This document shows, piece by piece, positions 1 to 8,458 of a stretch of DNA of 64,000 nt (position 1 is the stretch's first letter; each line of letters opens with the position of its first letter). The translations under genes and the position numbers were made by a program. The DNA is from Patescibacteria group bacterium (GTDB taxonomy: Bacteria; Patescibacteriota; Patescibacteriia; UBA9934; GWF2-40-263): contig JBAZTR010000002.1 of NCBI GenBank assembly GCA_041661745.1, positions 68,368-132,367 of the forward strand, in the 5' to 3' direction. Below the pieces are notes generated by a model, which was not told the DNA's origin, did no database searches, and saw only the letters and a program-made list of their open reading frames with translations.

Positions 1-1693
1 TAACCTTAACATCAATTAACGGGTAACCGGCCAAAACACCGCGATCAGAGGCTTCGTGAGCTCCTTTATCAATAGGCGAAATGTATTCGCGCGGGATTGA
101 ACCACCTTTGATTTCCTCAAAGAATTCATAACCCTTGCCTGGTTCGTTCTTTTCGATTCTGAGCCAGCAGTGACCATATTGACCACGACCGCCAGACTGA
201 CGAATATACTTACCTTCGGCTTCGGATGAACCGCGAATAGTTTCCTTATAAGCAACCTGTGGTTTACCAACAGTGGCTTCCACATTAAATTCGCGCTTCA
301 TGCGATCGACAATAATGTCGAGGTGGAGTTCGCCCATACCACCGATGATTGTCTGCAAAGTTTCTTCGTCAGTATGTACTTTGAAAGTCGGGTCTTCTTC
401 GGCCAATTTTTGAAGAGCAACGGCCATTTTTTCTTGGTCAACTTTGGTCTTAGGTTCAATAGCAATAAAGATAACCGGCTCAGGAAAGGTAATTGATTCA
501 AGAACAATTGGATGATCAGGGTCACACAAGGTATGACCGGTAAAAGTACTCTTTAAACCAACGGCCGCGGCGATTTCACCAGCATAAACTTCGTCTACAT
601 CCTCGCGGCTGTTGGCGTGCAAACGAACAATGCGACCCAAACGTTCGCGCTCGCCAGTAATGGAGTTTAAAACATACGAGCCGGCTTTGACTGTACCAGA
701 ATAAACGCGGAAAAAAGCCAGTTTCCCAACAAACGGATCAGCGGCGATTTTGAAAGCCAAAGCCGTGAATGGTTCGGAATCCTCTGGTTTTCGGGCAATA
801 ATAATTTCAGAATTATCAGGATCAGTTCCTGTCATTGGCGGAACATCGAGCGGCGATGGTAGATAGTCAACGACCGCATCAAGCATCATTTGGACACCTT
901 TGTTTTTTAAGGCACTACCACAAAGAATCGGAATAACCTGGGTGGCAATGCAAGCTTTACGCAAAACACGCTTTAAATCTTCCAAAGGGATTTCTTCACC
1001 GGCCAAATATTTGGTCATGAGGGCTTCGTCGTTTTCCACGATGGCCTCAATAAGTTGCGCTCGGTATTTTTTGGCCAAATCCAACATGTCGGCCGGAACC
1101 TCTGATTCTTCAATGTCTTTACCCATTTCGTCTTTATAAATCTCGGCTTTCATGCGCAACAAATCGACAATACCGACAAATTTATCTTCAGTTCCAATAG
1201 GCAACTGAATAGGATAGGCATTCTTGGTTAAACGATTATGAATCGATTCGACATCCTTAAAAAAATCAGCCCCGGTACGATCGAGTTTATTAATAAAGCA
1301 CAAACGCGGCACGTTGTAATCATCAGCGTAACGCCAGTTGGTTTCGGACTGTGGTTCCACGCCAGCCACGCCATCGAAAATAACGCAGGCGCCGTCGAGC
1401 ACACGAAGGGAACGCTTAACTTCAACCGTAAAATCAATGTGTCCTGGGGTATCAATTAGGTTAATGCGGTGACCTTTCCAAAAACAAGTGGTAGCCGCGG
1501 CAGTAATGGTGATACCGCGTTCCTGTTCCTGTTCCATCCAGTCCATAGTGGCCGCACCTTCATGAACCTCACCAATTTTATGCTTTTTACCAGTGTAATA
1601 AAGGACGCGCTCGGACACTGTCGTCTTACCAGCGTCAATGTGGGCAATAATCCCGATATTACGGGTTTTTTCTTGAGAATATTCTCGAGGCAT
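1..1693 (-). CDS. fusA: Elongation factor G, N-terminal ~564 aa; gene continues past the window edge
   Basis: Continuous minus-strand ORF starting at ATG 1691-1693. Translation [35 protein letters not shown]...DTPGHIDF is a canonical EF-G GTPase. The ORF is absent from the supplied track because it is edge-truncated. It lies 6 nt downstream of rpsG, the classic str operon order. Confidence 0.9.
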   Translation of the reverse strand, partial: MPREYSQEKTRNIGIIAHIDAGKTTVSERVLYYTGKKHKIGEVHEGAATMDWMEQEQERGITITAAATTCFWKGHRINLIDTPGHIDFTVEVKRSLRVLDGACVIFDGVAGVEPQSETNWRYADDYNVPRLCFINKLDRTGADFFKDVESIHNRLTKNAYPIQLPIGTEDKFVGIVDLLRMKAEIYKDEMGKDIEESEVPADMLDLAKKYRAQLIEAIVENDEALMTKYLAGEEIPLEDLKRVLRKACIATQVIPILCGSALKNKGVQMMLDAVVDYLPSPLDVPPMTGTDPDNSEIIIARKPEDSEPFTALAFKIAADPFVGKLAFFRVYSGTVKAGSYVLNSITGERERLGRIVRLHANSREDVDEVYAGEIAAAVGLKSTFTGHTLCDPDHPIVLESITFPEPVIFIAIEPKTKVDQEKMAVALQKLAEEDPTFKVHTDEETLQTIIGGMGELHLDIIVDRMKREFNVEATVGKPQVAYKETIRGSSEAEGKYIRQSGGRGQYGHCWLRIEKNEPGKGYEFFEEIKGGSIPREYISPIDKGAHEASDRGVLAGYPLIDVKV

Positions 1694-1699
1694 AAATTT

Positions 1700-2167
1700 T
1701 TATTTAGCAAAATGAGCAAACGCTTTGTTGGCTTCGGCCATACGCTGAACATCCTGTTTCTTTTTGACGGCGTCACCTTCACCTTTGGCCGCGGCCATAA
1801 GCTCATCGGCCAATTTTTGGGCCATTGGACGGCCTTTTTTGCCGCGGGTGGTATCCAAAATCCAGCGGAACGACAAAGCCAGTCGGCGTTCACCGCGGAC
1901 TGGCATTGGAATTTGATAGTTAGCACCACCGACGCGTTTGGATTTAACTTCCAAGGACGGCATGGTGTTTTTTAAAGCATTCTCAAAAACCTCGACCGGA
2001 TCGGACTTGGTTTTTTCGGAAATAATGTTGAACGCTGAATAAACAATGTCTTGGGCAATGGTTTTTTTACCGCTGACCATGACATAGTTTATTAATTTAG
2101 CGACTTGGACATTGCCATATTTGGCATCGGGGGCAATAACCCGAAGAGTTGCGGATTTACCACGCAT
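1700..2167 (-). CDS. rpsG: 30S ribosomal protein S7
   Basis: 155 aa ORF MRGKSATLRVIAPDAKYGN... with typical S7 sequence. Positioned between rpsL and fusA. Confidence 0.95.
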   Translation of the reverse strand: MRGKSATLRVIAPDAKYGNVQVAKLINYVMVSGKKTIAQDIVYSAFNIISEKTKSDPVEVFENALKNTMPSLEVKSKRVGGANYQIPMPVRGERRLALSFRWILDTTRGKKGRPMAQKLADELMAAAKGEGDAVKKKQDVQRMAEANKAFAHFAK

Positions 2168-2234
2168 AAATATTTACTTTCGGCCGGTTAGCTTCCCCGC
2201 GTGTGGGGTACTCCGCCGAAAAAATTAAGAATGA

Positions 2235-2660
2235 TTACTTTTTAGCTTTAGGTTTTTTGACGCCGTAAAGAGAACGGCTGCGATTGCGACCAGAAACACC
2301 TTGAGTGTCGTAAACACCACGAACGATGTGATAACGGACACCAGGCAAATCTTTAACACGACCGCCACGAATCATAACGATAGAGTGTTCCTGAAGGTTA
2401 TGACCTTCGCCCGGAATGTAGGCGGTAACTTCCATACCATTGGAAAGACGAACACGAGCAATTTTACGAATGGCTGAGTTCGGTTTCTTTGGGGTCATGG
2501 TGGTAACCTTAACACACACGCCGCGCTTAAAAGATGCGCCCATGGCAATTTCATTGCGCTTGCGATGCAAGGAATCCAAAGAAATCTGCATGGCTGGCGA
2601 TTTGCTCTTTGCCTTTTTAGAATGACGTCCTTTACGGATTAATTGATGAATTGTAGGCAT
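2235..2660 (-). CDS. rpsL: 30S ribosomal protein S12
   Basis: 141 aa [12 protein letters not shown]...PKKPNSA...GVKDL, canonical S12. Confidence 0.95.
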   Translation of the reverse strand: MPTIHQLIRKGRHSKKAKSKSPAMQISLDSLHRKRNEIAMGASFKRGVCVKVTTMTPKKPNSAIRKIARVRLSNGMEVTAYIPGEGHNLQEHSIVMIRGGRVKDLPGVRYHIVRGVYDTQGVSGRNRSRSLYGVKKPKAKK

Positions 2661-2687
2661 AATTAAACTTTTTTAGATGGCAAAAGA

Positions 2688-2716
2688 GTATCACGGAGTG
2701 TGGATGACGTCAAGAT
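2688..2716 (-). promoter_or_regulatory. Candidate sigma70-type promoter of the str operon (TTGACG-17-TACTCT on minus strand)
   Basis: Minus-strand reading ...cTTGACGtcatccacactccgtgaTACTCTtttgcc... lies about 30 nt upstream of the rpsL ATG. Confidence 0.35.
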
Positions 2717-2736
2717 TTAATGGGCCCTATCGGGCT

Positions 2737-3450
2737 TTAAGGCTTTATGGCCACCAAAATCTTTTCCACGTATTCCTTAACCTTTAATTGCTCGACTAGA
2801 GGATTCTCAAGTTCCAAAGCGATAAACGGAGGAACTTGCGATAAAGAAACATTTTTTAAATAATCAAAATCAGTAAGATTGTTAAACCAATGATAGGAAC
2901 AACGGAAACTCTGTTCGCGTTCGTCGAAATGAGGTTCTTCCCTTACTGCACTAATATGACCACAACCGATCGGAAAACGGGAATAAATTTCTTGCCACTG
3001 TTTAAAGGTGTCGGGAAAAAATCTACGGGCGTCCTCCACGTGTGAAAAATCCAGACATAAACCAGCAAAACCCTTGAGGTCTTCTTCGGTAATCGGGGCG
3101 AAAGTATTTTCGATATAAATCTGCTGGTAATATTTTGTCAGGTCGTGTTCCATGCCAAACTCAGACAAAAGATGAAAATTAAAAGCTTTTGTTTGCCAAC
3201 GCTTGATTAAATATTCCAACTCCTCTGGTCGCATATCCGAACGAATATGAACAAAAGGAATTTCTTCGAGTTTAGTATTTTCTAAAGCATGAAAAAGTTC
3301 TTGGCGTTCTTCAAAGCCTATAGTCGTGACGAAAACCGCAACTTGTTTTAAACCAAGTTGATCAATTTCCTTAACTTTTTCCCGCCAGCCACCCAAACCA
3401 TCCTTACTCAATAAAGTCGAGGTTACGGTGGGCAAAATCAAACTTTTCAT
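2737..3450 (-). CDS. Xylose isomerase-like TIM-barrel (AP endonuclease 2 family) sugar-phosphate isomerase/epimerase-like protein; function uncertain
   Basis: Start chosen at internal ATG (MKSLILPTV), 1 nt after the upstream M50 protease stop. Motifs GLCLDFSH and CGHISAV resemble the metal-binding His motifs of the xylose-isomerase-like fold. Confidence 0.35.
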   Translation of the reverse strand: MKSLILPTVTSTLLSKDGLGGWREKVKEIDQLGLKQVAVFVTTIGFEERQELFHALENTKLEEIPFVHIRSDMRPEELEYLIKRWQTKAFNFHLLSEFGMEHDLTKYYQQIYIENTFAPITEEDLKGFAGLCLDFSHVEDARRFFPDTFKQWQEIYSRFPIGCGHISAVREEPHFDEREQSFRCSYHWFNNLTDFDYLKNVSLSQVPPFIALELENPLVEQLKVKEYVEKILVAIKP

Positions 3451-3451
3451 A

Positions 3452-4114
3452 CTAGAAAAACATGGTCTGAATCGGCCCAAGCAGAAAACCGGCCGTGTGA
3501 TTTACCAAAAAATCCAAAAAGAAAAAAATGTTTACGCCAGCAAAAGAGAGAAAAATCAAAAGCATTAGTAAAAGTTGACCGCGTTGCTCAATCATTTGGC
3601 CAAGCTGTGGGTTATGAAGGAAAGTGTCAAAAATAGCATGCCAAATTTTTGAACCATCAAGTGGTGGCAAAGGAATTAGATTAAAAAATAACAAACCAAG
3701 GTTCAAAATAATAACCAGGTATAAAAAGAAAACCAAAAGATTATTAACGGCGATTAACTCGGCCCCAAGTAGTGCCTGTAAAATAAAGGCAGAAAATGCC
3801 GCCAGTAAAAAATTAGAAGCTGGACCGGCCAAAGCCACCCAAACACCGTCCCACCTAGTGTTCTTTAAATTATAAGGATTAAACGGCACAGGCTTGGCCC
3901 AACCATAACCAATTAAAAGAAAAGAAATAAAACCAAACAAATCAAGGTGTGACAAGGGATTCAAAGTCAGACGACCGGCCGCTTCAGCCGTGTGGTCGCC
4001 GCGAAGGTTGGCAACCATGGCATGTGAAAATTCATGGATAGTAAGGGCTGATAAGACCGCCACCACCCAAGCGACAGCAAGAAAAGGGTCAGAAAAAAGG
4101 AGTTGGAAGAACAT
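3452..4114 (-). CDS. M50 family (site-2 protease-like) zinc metalloprotease, multi-TM
   Basis: HEFSHAM (HExxH) motif inside a hydrophobic protein. Several predicted TM helices. Confidence 0.7.
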   Translation of the reverse strand: MFFQLLFSDPFLAVAWVVAVLSALTIHEFSHAMVANLRGDHTAEAAGRLTLNPLSHLDLFGFISFLLIGYGWAKPVPFNPYNLKNTRWDGVWVALAGPASNFLLAAFSAFILQALLGAELIAVNNLLVFFLYLVIILNLGLLFFNLIPLPPLDGSKIWHAIFDTFLHNPQLGQMIEQRGQLLLMLLIFLSFAGVNIFFFLDFLVNHTAGFLLGPIQTMFF

Positions 4115-4117
4115 ATT

Positions 4118-4232
4118 TGAGAAAGTAGGAAGTAGTGAGTAGTGAGTAGTTTGGCCGGCATTATAATAGCATTACTTGCCTTTTTTAGTCGAATAAGTTA
4201 TCATAACGACGCTAAAAACTACTTACTACCTA
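4118..4232. repeat. Divergent-promoter region with mirrored CTAC-type leaders for the M50 protease gene (-) and rpmB (+)
   Basis: Plus strand has GTAG-rich gtaggaagtagtgagtagtgagtag (4118-4146), which is a CTAC-rich leader on the protease mRNA. CTAC-rich ctacttactacc (4214-4229) lies directly before the rpmB ATG. Confidence 0.55.
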
Positions 4233-4234
4233 AT

Positions 4235-4474
4235 ATGTCTAAATTCTGTGACGCTTGTGGCCGCGGCGCTTTAACCATTAACTTGCGCAGTAAAAGCGAA
4301 AACGCTGTTAAATCCAAGCAACAAGTAAATTTGCAAACCGCCAAAATTGACGGGAAACGCGTTAGTATCTGCACCCGTTGCATGAAGACCATGGCCAAAA
4401 AGCCGGGTTTGATTAAAATCACCCCACGCAAAGTTCGTTTGGCCGGACGAAAGACCAAGCAATCCGCAAAGTAA
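4235..4474 (+). CDS. rpmB: 50S ribosomal protein L28
   Basis: Internal ATG at 4235. MSKFCDACGRGALTINLRSKSENAVKSKQQVNLQ... matches the L28 pattern (C..C..N.RSH..N.TKR...NLQ). Confidence 0.7.
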   Translation: MSKFCDACGRGALTINLRSKSENAVKSKQQVNLQTAKIDGKRVSICTRCMKTMAKKPGLIKITPRKVRLAGRKTKQSAK

Positions 4475-4486
4475 TTAAAGTTAAAA

Positions 4487-4522
4487 AATCCGATCGTGGA
4501 AAACGATCGGATTTTTGTTTTA
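4487..4522. terminator. Bidirectional intrinsic terminator between rpmB (+) and murA (-)
   Basis: aaaaaTCCGATCGTggaaaACGATCGGAtttttgtttt: perfect 10-bp stem flanked by A and T runs. Confidence 0.7.
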
Positions 4523-5830
4523 CTATTCTTCAACTCTTTTAATATTCGCTCCCAGCCCTTTCAGCTTTTCTTCCAAACGTTCGTAACCGCGATCAAGATG
4601 TTCGATACCAGTTAAGACCGACTCACCTTCGGCCACTAAGGCGGCTAAGACCAAAGCCAAGCCAGCGCGAATGTCGGGCACAACAATTGGCGCGGCTTTT
4701 AACGGTGTTGGTCCGTTAATAACCGCAGCGTGTTTGTAGTTCATGCCTTTGAAGCGGCAATTTATTTCGCCGAGACAATTTGGGAACAAGGTGATGTCAG
4801 CTCCCATAATATTCAGAGTCTCGGTATATCCGAAACGTTCTTCATAAACTGTTTCATGAACAACACTGGTTCCTTGAGCTTGTGTTAAAACGACAGTGAA
4901 CGGCTGTTGCCAATCGGTCATAAAACCGGGATGAGTATCGGTTTCAAGTTCAATGCCGTGTAAACCATTATCGCGTTTAAACAAAATGCCATCTTCCCTG
5001 ACTTCGTAAGTGCCACCAATTTTTCTGACAGCGTTTAAAAAAGTTATCAAGTGATCGTGTACCGCGCCTTTGATAAAAATTTCACCATTGGTGGCCATGG
5101 CCATACAAGCGTAACTGACGGCTTCGTTTCGATCGGGCATAACCCGAGCCTGACAACCATTTAGTTTCTCAACACCGATAATTTCAAATTGACGACCGAC
5201 CCCGACCTCAATTATGGCCCCCATTTTTTGGAGCATCTTAACCAGTTCCATAATCTCTGGTTCGATAGCGGCGTTTCTAATAACCGTGCGCCCCTTGGCC
5301 AGAACACCGGCCAAAATAACTGTCTCGGTCGCGCCAACCGAAGGAAACGGCAGTTCAATTAATGTGCCTTTCAGACGACCTTCGACCGAGGCACGATAAC
5401 CATCAGGAAGCTCCTCGATTTTCGCGCCCATTTTCTTTAAGGCATCAAGGTGAAAGTTAACCGGCCGCGGCCCAATTTTATCGCCACCGGCCACCGGCAC
5501 AAAAGCTTCGCCAACGCGATGAAGCAACGGAGCGATAGATAAAACAGAGATACGATTTTGGCGTGACAAACCGGTCACGGACGGCGAGGAAATTTTAGCC
5601 GCGTTAACCTCGACTGTATGTTCGGCCACCCATGTGGTGGTGGCACCAATGGCGTGAAGAATTTCTTCAGTAATCTGGACCTCGGCATGACGCGGCAGAT
5701 TTTCCAAAATCACCGGCTCATCGGTTAAAAGAGCGGCGATCATCATTTTAGACGAAGCGTTTTTTGCTCCAGAAAGTTCCACGGTTCCCTTTAAAGGTTT
5801 ACCGCCAATAATATGATAAGTTGATGTCAT
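4523..5830 (-). CDS. murA: UDP-N-acetylglucosamine 1-carboxyvinyltransferase
   Basis: MTSTYHIIGGKPLKGTVELSGAKNA... has full-length similarity to MurA. Start at internal Met, 13 codons into the track ORF. Confidence 0.9.
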   Translation of the reverse strand: MTSTYHIIGGKPLKGTVELSGAKNASSKMMIAALLTDEPVILENLPRHAEVQITEEILHAIGATTTWVAEHTVEVNAAKISSPSVTGLSRQNRISVLSIAPLLHRVGEAFVPVAGGDKIGPRPVNFHLDALKKMGAKIEELPDGYRASVEGRLKGTLIELPFPSVGATETVILAGVLAKGRTVIRNAAIEPEIMELVKMLQKMGAIIEVGVGRQFEIIGVEKLNGCQARVMPDRNEAVSYACMAMATNGEIFIKGAVHDHLITFLNAVRKIGGTYEVREDGILFKRDNGLHGIELETDTHPGFMTDWQQPFTVVLTQAQGTSVVHETVYEERFGYTETLNIMGADITLFPNCLGEINCRFKGMNYKHAAVINGPTPLKAAPIVVPDIRAGLALVLAALVAEGESVLTGIEHLDRGYERLEEKLKGLGANIKRVEE

Positions 5831-5868
5831 AGGAAGTAGCTTGTAGGAGGTAGCTTGTAGATTAGACA
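5826..5868. repeat. CTAC-type leader repeat upstream of murA (single arm)
   Basis: Plus strand ggaagtagcttgtaggaggtagcttgtagattagacac. Reverse complement ctacaagctacctcctacaagctacttcc directly precedes the murA ATG. Confidence 0.5.
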
Positions 5869-6452
5869 CTAATATTTTTTAGAAAATCTTTTAATTTGGA
5901 GAAAGCACGACCACGATGACTTAAGGTGTGTTTTTCTTCACGCGGCATTTCGGCAAAAGTTTGTTCGTGGTCAGCCGGAATAAAAATTTGATCGTAAGGT
6001 AATTTGGGGTTGGCGATACCGCGACGTTCTTTAATGACTCGGCCGGGCGAGAGTCCTTCAAAAACATATTCACGACCATCCGGCATAACCAAGGCCACCG
6101 CACAATGAAAAGCCGCGCCAAGATTTTCTTCCGGGATATCTTTTATTTTATTCAAAGTAAAATCAACGAGGTCGTTCCCTTCACCGGCCCAACGCGCCGT
6201 GTAAATACCAGGAGCACCATTAAGAGCCTCGAGACAAATTCCAGAGTCGTCGGCCACCGCACAGGTGCCACTTTTGGAACAAACGAACCGGGCTTTCTTT
6301 AAAGCATTCTCTTTAAAAGTTAAACCGTCCTCGATTGGGTCTTCGGTAACTCCAGCTTCGTCGGCACTTGAGACTTCGATGTTTAATTCATCCAGAAGTT
6401 CTTGCATCTCTTTTATTTTTCCGGGGTTATGGGTGGCGAAAATCAATTTCAT
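5862..6452 (-). CDS. rdgB: Non-canonical purine NTP pyrophosphatase (RdgB/HAM1 family)
   Basis: MKLIFATHNPGKIKEM...SHRGRA is typical of Ham1/RdgB. Confidence 0.85.
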   Translation of the reverse strand: MKLIFATHNPGKIKEMQELLDELNIEVSSADEAGVTEDPIEDGLTFKENALKKARFVCSKSGTCAVADDSGICLEALNGAPGIYTARWAGEGNDLVDFTLNKIKDIPEENLGAAFHCAVALVMPDGREYVFEGLSPGRVIKERRGIANPKLPYDQIFIPADHEQTFAEMPREEKHTLSHRGRAFSKLKDFLKNISV

Positions 6453-6475
6453 AATTGCTAATCCACCTTAGCAGA

Positions 6476-6507
6476 AAAAAGGGCGTCTTGGCAACCACGC
6501 CCCTTTT
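6476..6507. terminator. Hairpin with flanking A/T runs upstream of rdgB
   Basis: aaaaaAGGGCGtcttggcaaccaCGCCCCtttt. May insulate rdgB from read-through coming from the island to its right. Confidence 0.4.
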
Positions 6508-6547
6508 CATAAAACCCACTTTGGTTTAAAGTAATGGACGCGAAGCT

Positions 6548-6623
6548 CGGGCTATAGCGCAGTTGGTAGCGCGCTTGCATGGGGTGCAAGAGGCCGTGGG
6601 TTCAAGTCCCGCTAGCCCGACCA
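6548..6623 (+). tRNA. tRNA-Pro (anticodon GGG)
   Basis: Cloverleaf parsed by hand: acceptor CGGGCTA/TAGCCCG, D arm GCGC-AGTTGGTA-GCGC, anticodon stem CTTGC/GCAAG with loop ATGGGGT, T arm GTGGG-TTCAAGT-CCCGC, encoded CCA. Confidence 0.85.
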
Positions 6624-6624
6624 A

Positions 6625-6660
6625 AAACACACGAATAAATTTCGCGTGTTTTTATTTTAA
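6625..6660. terminator. Bidirectional intrinsic terminator after tRNA-Pro and after the convergent RelA/SpoT-like gene
   Basis: aaaaACACACGaataaatttCGCGTGTttttatttt. Confidence 0.65.
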
Positions 6661-6701
6661 TAAAAAAACACGACCAGCGAATGGCCGTGAAGAGATCTCT
6701 T

Positions 6702-7799
6702 TTAGTAACGCCGACTGGCCGCGCGAGCTAGAGCAAATTCACGCAGCACCTCGAGGCCATCCTCCCACCGAATGCCGAAGAGCTTCTGTGGATATCGAAC
6801 CTTTAAAAACTCCCCAAGTCGACTGGCTTCATAGACCAGGTGGTGAGTCGGACCCGGCCTAACATTCATAGCGAGATAAACCTCCCACGAAGCCAACTGG
6901 AACTCGAAAGCCTTGGAATGCCAGCGTACTCTTAACCGACGAAGCCCTTTGACACCTGGACCAGAAGAATAATTACTAATACTGGTCCGTTCGTATACAA
7001 CAGCGTTCAGTTGACGCAAGGCTACTTCAAGTCGAGCGATCGTTTCGGAAAAATCACCGGAGACCACGGTGATTCTGATTGCCCGACGATCATCAAGATT
7101 AACACGAAAAACTTCACCCTCTTCAAGACAGTCACGAAACAGTTTCAGGATTATGGCGAAGCGCTCCTTAGGACGATCTTCGAAGTAAATCCTAGCTGCA
7201 CCAAAGTCGCGGCAAGCCAGCGTCAGTTGGTTGGTTTCGTAGACAGCCCTGTCAAAACAGTAACTGAGCTTCTGCTCAGTGGCCGAACTTGAGAAGACCT
7301 CGCTAAACAGGACCTCAACAAGGCTTTGCAAGTCTCGATTGACCCGACGGAACGGATCAAACTTTTCCACCATGGCCAAGGCGATGGATACATCAAGCAA
7401 AACCAACGCTTCGAACGATCGCCGCGGATCCGGCGGGTGGCCACCGAAGTGATTAACGGCTAGATCAATAAGATCGCCGGCGGTATTGGCCAAGCTGACC
7501 CGAGAGTCCAGACCGAGTCGAGAACTAAAGGGGTAAAGAACGCCGTTTTCGATCCCCCTAAAGCCGCTGACGGCAACCGGAATAGCGGCATCGATTTGCT
7601 TTTTGTCTCTTGGTAAGGAACTGAGGATCCAGTCTCGTCTTCTCCCAATGACTTCATCCATTCTAGCGGTTCCTTCTACGACCTTTTGCCAATCGTTAAC
7701 CGAATCAGCAATAAGTTTTCGAAGCCTTTCCACAACACCCTCCTGGGACGAAATAAAAGGAACGCCCACCCATCTTACATGGCGAGCGTTCCTGGTCAA
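6702..7799 (-). CDS. RelA/SpoT-domain (alarmone-synthetase fold) nucleotidyltransferase with an N-terminal extension of about 200 aa; possible toxSAS-like protein
   Basis: C-terminal half carries the synthetase motifs in order: RPKERFAIILK (RxKxxxSxxxK-like), DDRRAIRITVV (DxxGxR), GVKGLRRLRVRW (GYRSLH-like), EFQLAS (EIQIRT-like) and HHLVYE (HxxxYK-like). The gene is visibly GC-richer than neighbours. Alternative TTG start lies 10 nt after the ndk stop. Confidence 0.5.
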   Translation of the reverse strand: MTRNARHVRWVGVPFISSQEGVVERLRKLIADSVNDWQKVVEGTARMDEVIGRRRDWILSSLPRDKKQIDAAIPVAVSGFRGIENGVLYPFSSRLGLDSRVSLANTAGDLIDLAVNHFGGHPPDPRRSFEALVLLDVSIALAMVEKFDPFRRVNRDLQSLVEVLFSEVFSSSATEQKLSYCFDRAVYETNQLTLACRDFGAARIYFEDRPKERFAIILKLFRDCLEEGEVFRVNLDDRRAIRITVVSGDFSETIARLEVALRQLNAVVYERTSISNYSSGPGVKGLRRLRVRWHSKAFEFQLASWEVYLAMNVRPGPTHHLVYEASRLGEFLKVRYPQKLFGIRWEDGLEVLREFALARAASRRY

Positions 7800-7808
7800 G
7801 ATTCCAAA

Positions 7809-8306
7809 TTACTTTTTAATTGTAAACTGCGTGTATAAAGGATTAAAGTCAACCAACTCCTCTGGTTTAAACCAAACAGCAATCTCCGTCTCAGCTTCCT
7901 CCGGACTACCGGAAGCGTGAACCATGTTGAAAACACCAATACCTCGTTCGTCGGCATGAGCAAAAGAAACGTGAGCGTAATCGCCACGGATGGTTCCAGG
8001 CGCGGCTGACTTTGGTTCAGTTGTGCCAACCATTTTACGGGTGACCTCAACCATTTCAACGCCTTCAACAACAATGGCAACAATTGGACCAGAGGTGAGC
8101 ATGTTAATCATGAGCTCGCGAACTTTTTCGCCACGGCGACGGGCCAAATCTTCAGTGTAATGTTTGCTGGCCGTATCTTTCTCTGACACCAAAAGTTTCA
8201 TACCAACAATTTTGGCGCCGACGCGCTCGAAACGTGTGATAATTTCACCGATAATACCGCGCTCTAAAGCGTCGGGTTTCAGAAGGACTAGGGAACGTTG
8301 AATCAT
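7809..8306 (-). CDS. ndk: Nucleoside diphosphate kinase
   Basis: MIQRSLVLLKPDALERGIIGEIITRFE...NMVHASGSPEEA is canonical NDK. Confidence 0.9.
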   Translation of the reverse strand: MIQRSLVLLKPDALERGIIGEIITRFERVGAKIVGMKLLVSEKDTASKHYTEDLARRRGEKVRELMINMLTSGPIVAIVVEGVEMVEVTRKMVGTTEPKSAAPGTIRGDYAHVSFAHADERGIGVFNMVHASGSPEEAETEIAVWFKPEELVDFNPLYTQFTIKK

Positions 8307-8458
8307 ATTTTAGCTTGTAGCTTGTAGCTTGTAGGAGGTAGGTTTTTCCGGCTCCAACAGACAACAAGCCGATTAATTTTCTGCAAAAAGATTAACATTT
8401 TATTTTTAAAAAAGCAATGATTCCTGCCTACAAGCTACTTCCTACAAACTACAAGCTA
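8307..8458. repeat. Long imperfect inverted repeat: GTAG-type arm (8310-8342) and CTAC-type arm (8421-8458) around a ~90 nt spacer, forming the ndk leader
   Basis: Left arm tagcttgtagcttgtagcttgtaggaggtagg. Reverse complement of right arm is tagcttgtagtttgtaggaagtagcttgtaggcagg. On the mRNA strand the CTAC-rich arm ends immediately before the ndk ATG. Confidence 0.6.

Noticed and set aside
6563-6862. 99-aa plus-strand ORF starting inside tRNA-Pro
   Set aside because: It overlaps a clear tRNA and a terminator, and its tail is antisense of the RelA/SpoT-like gene.
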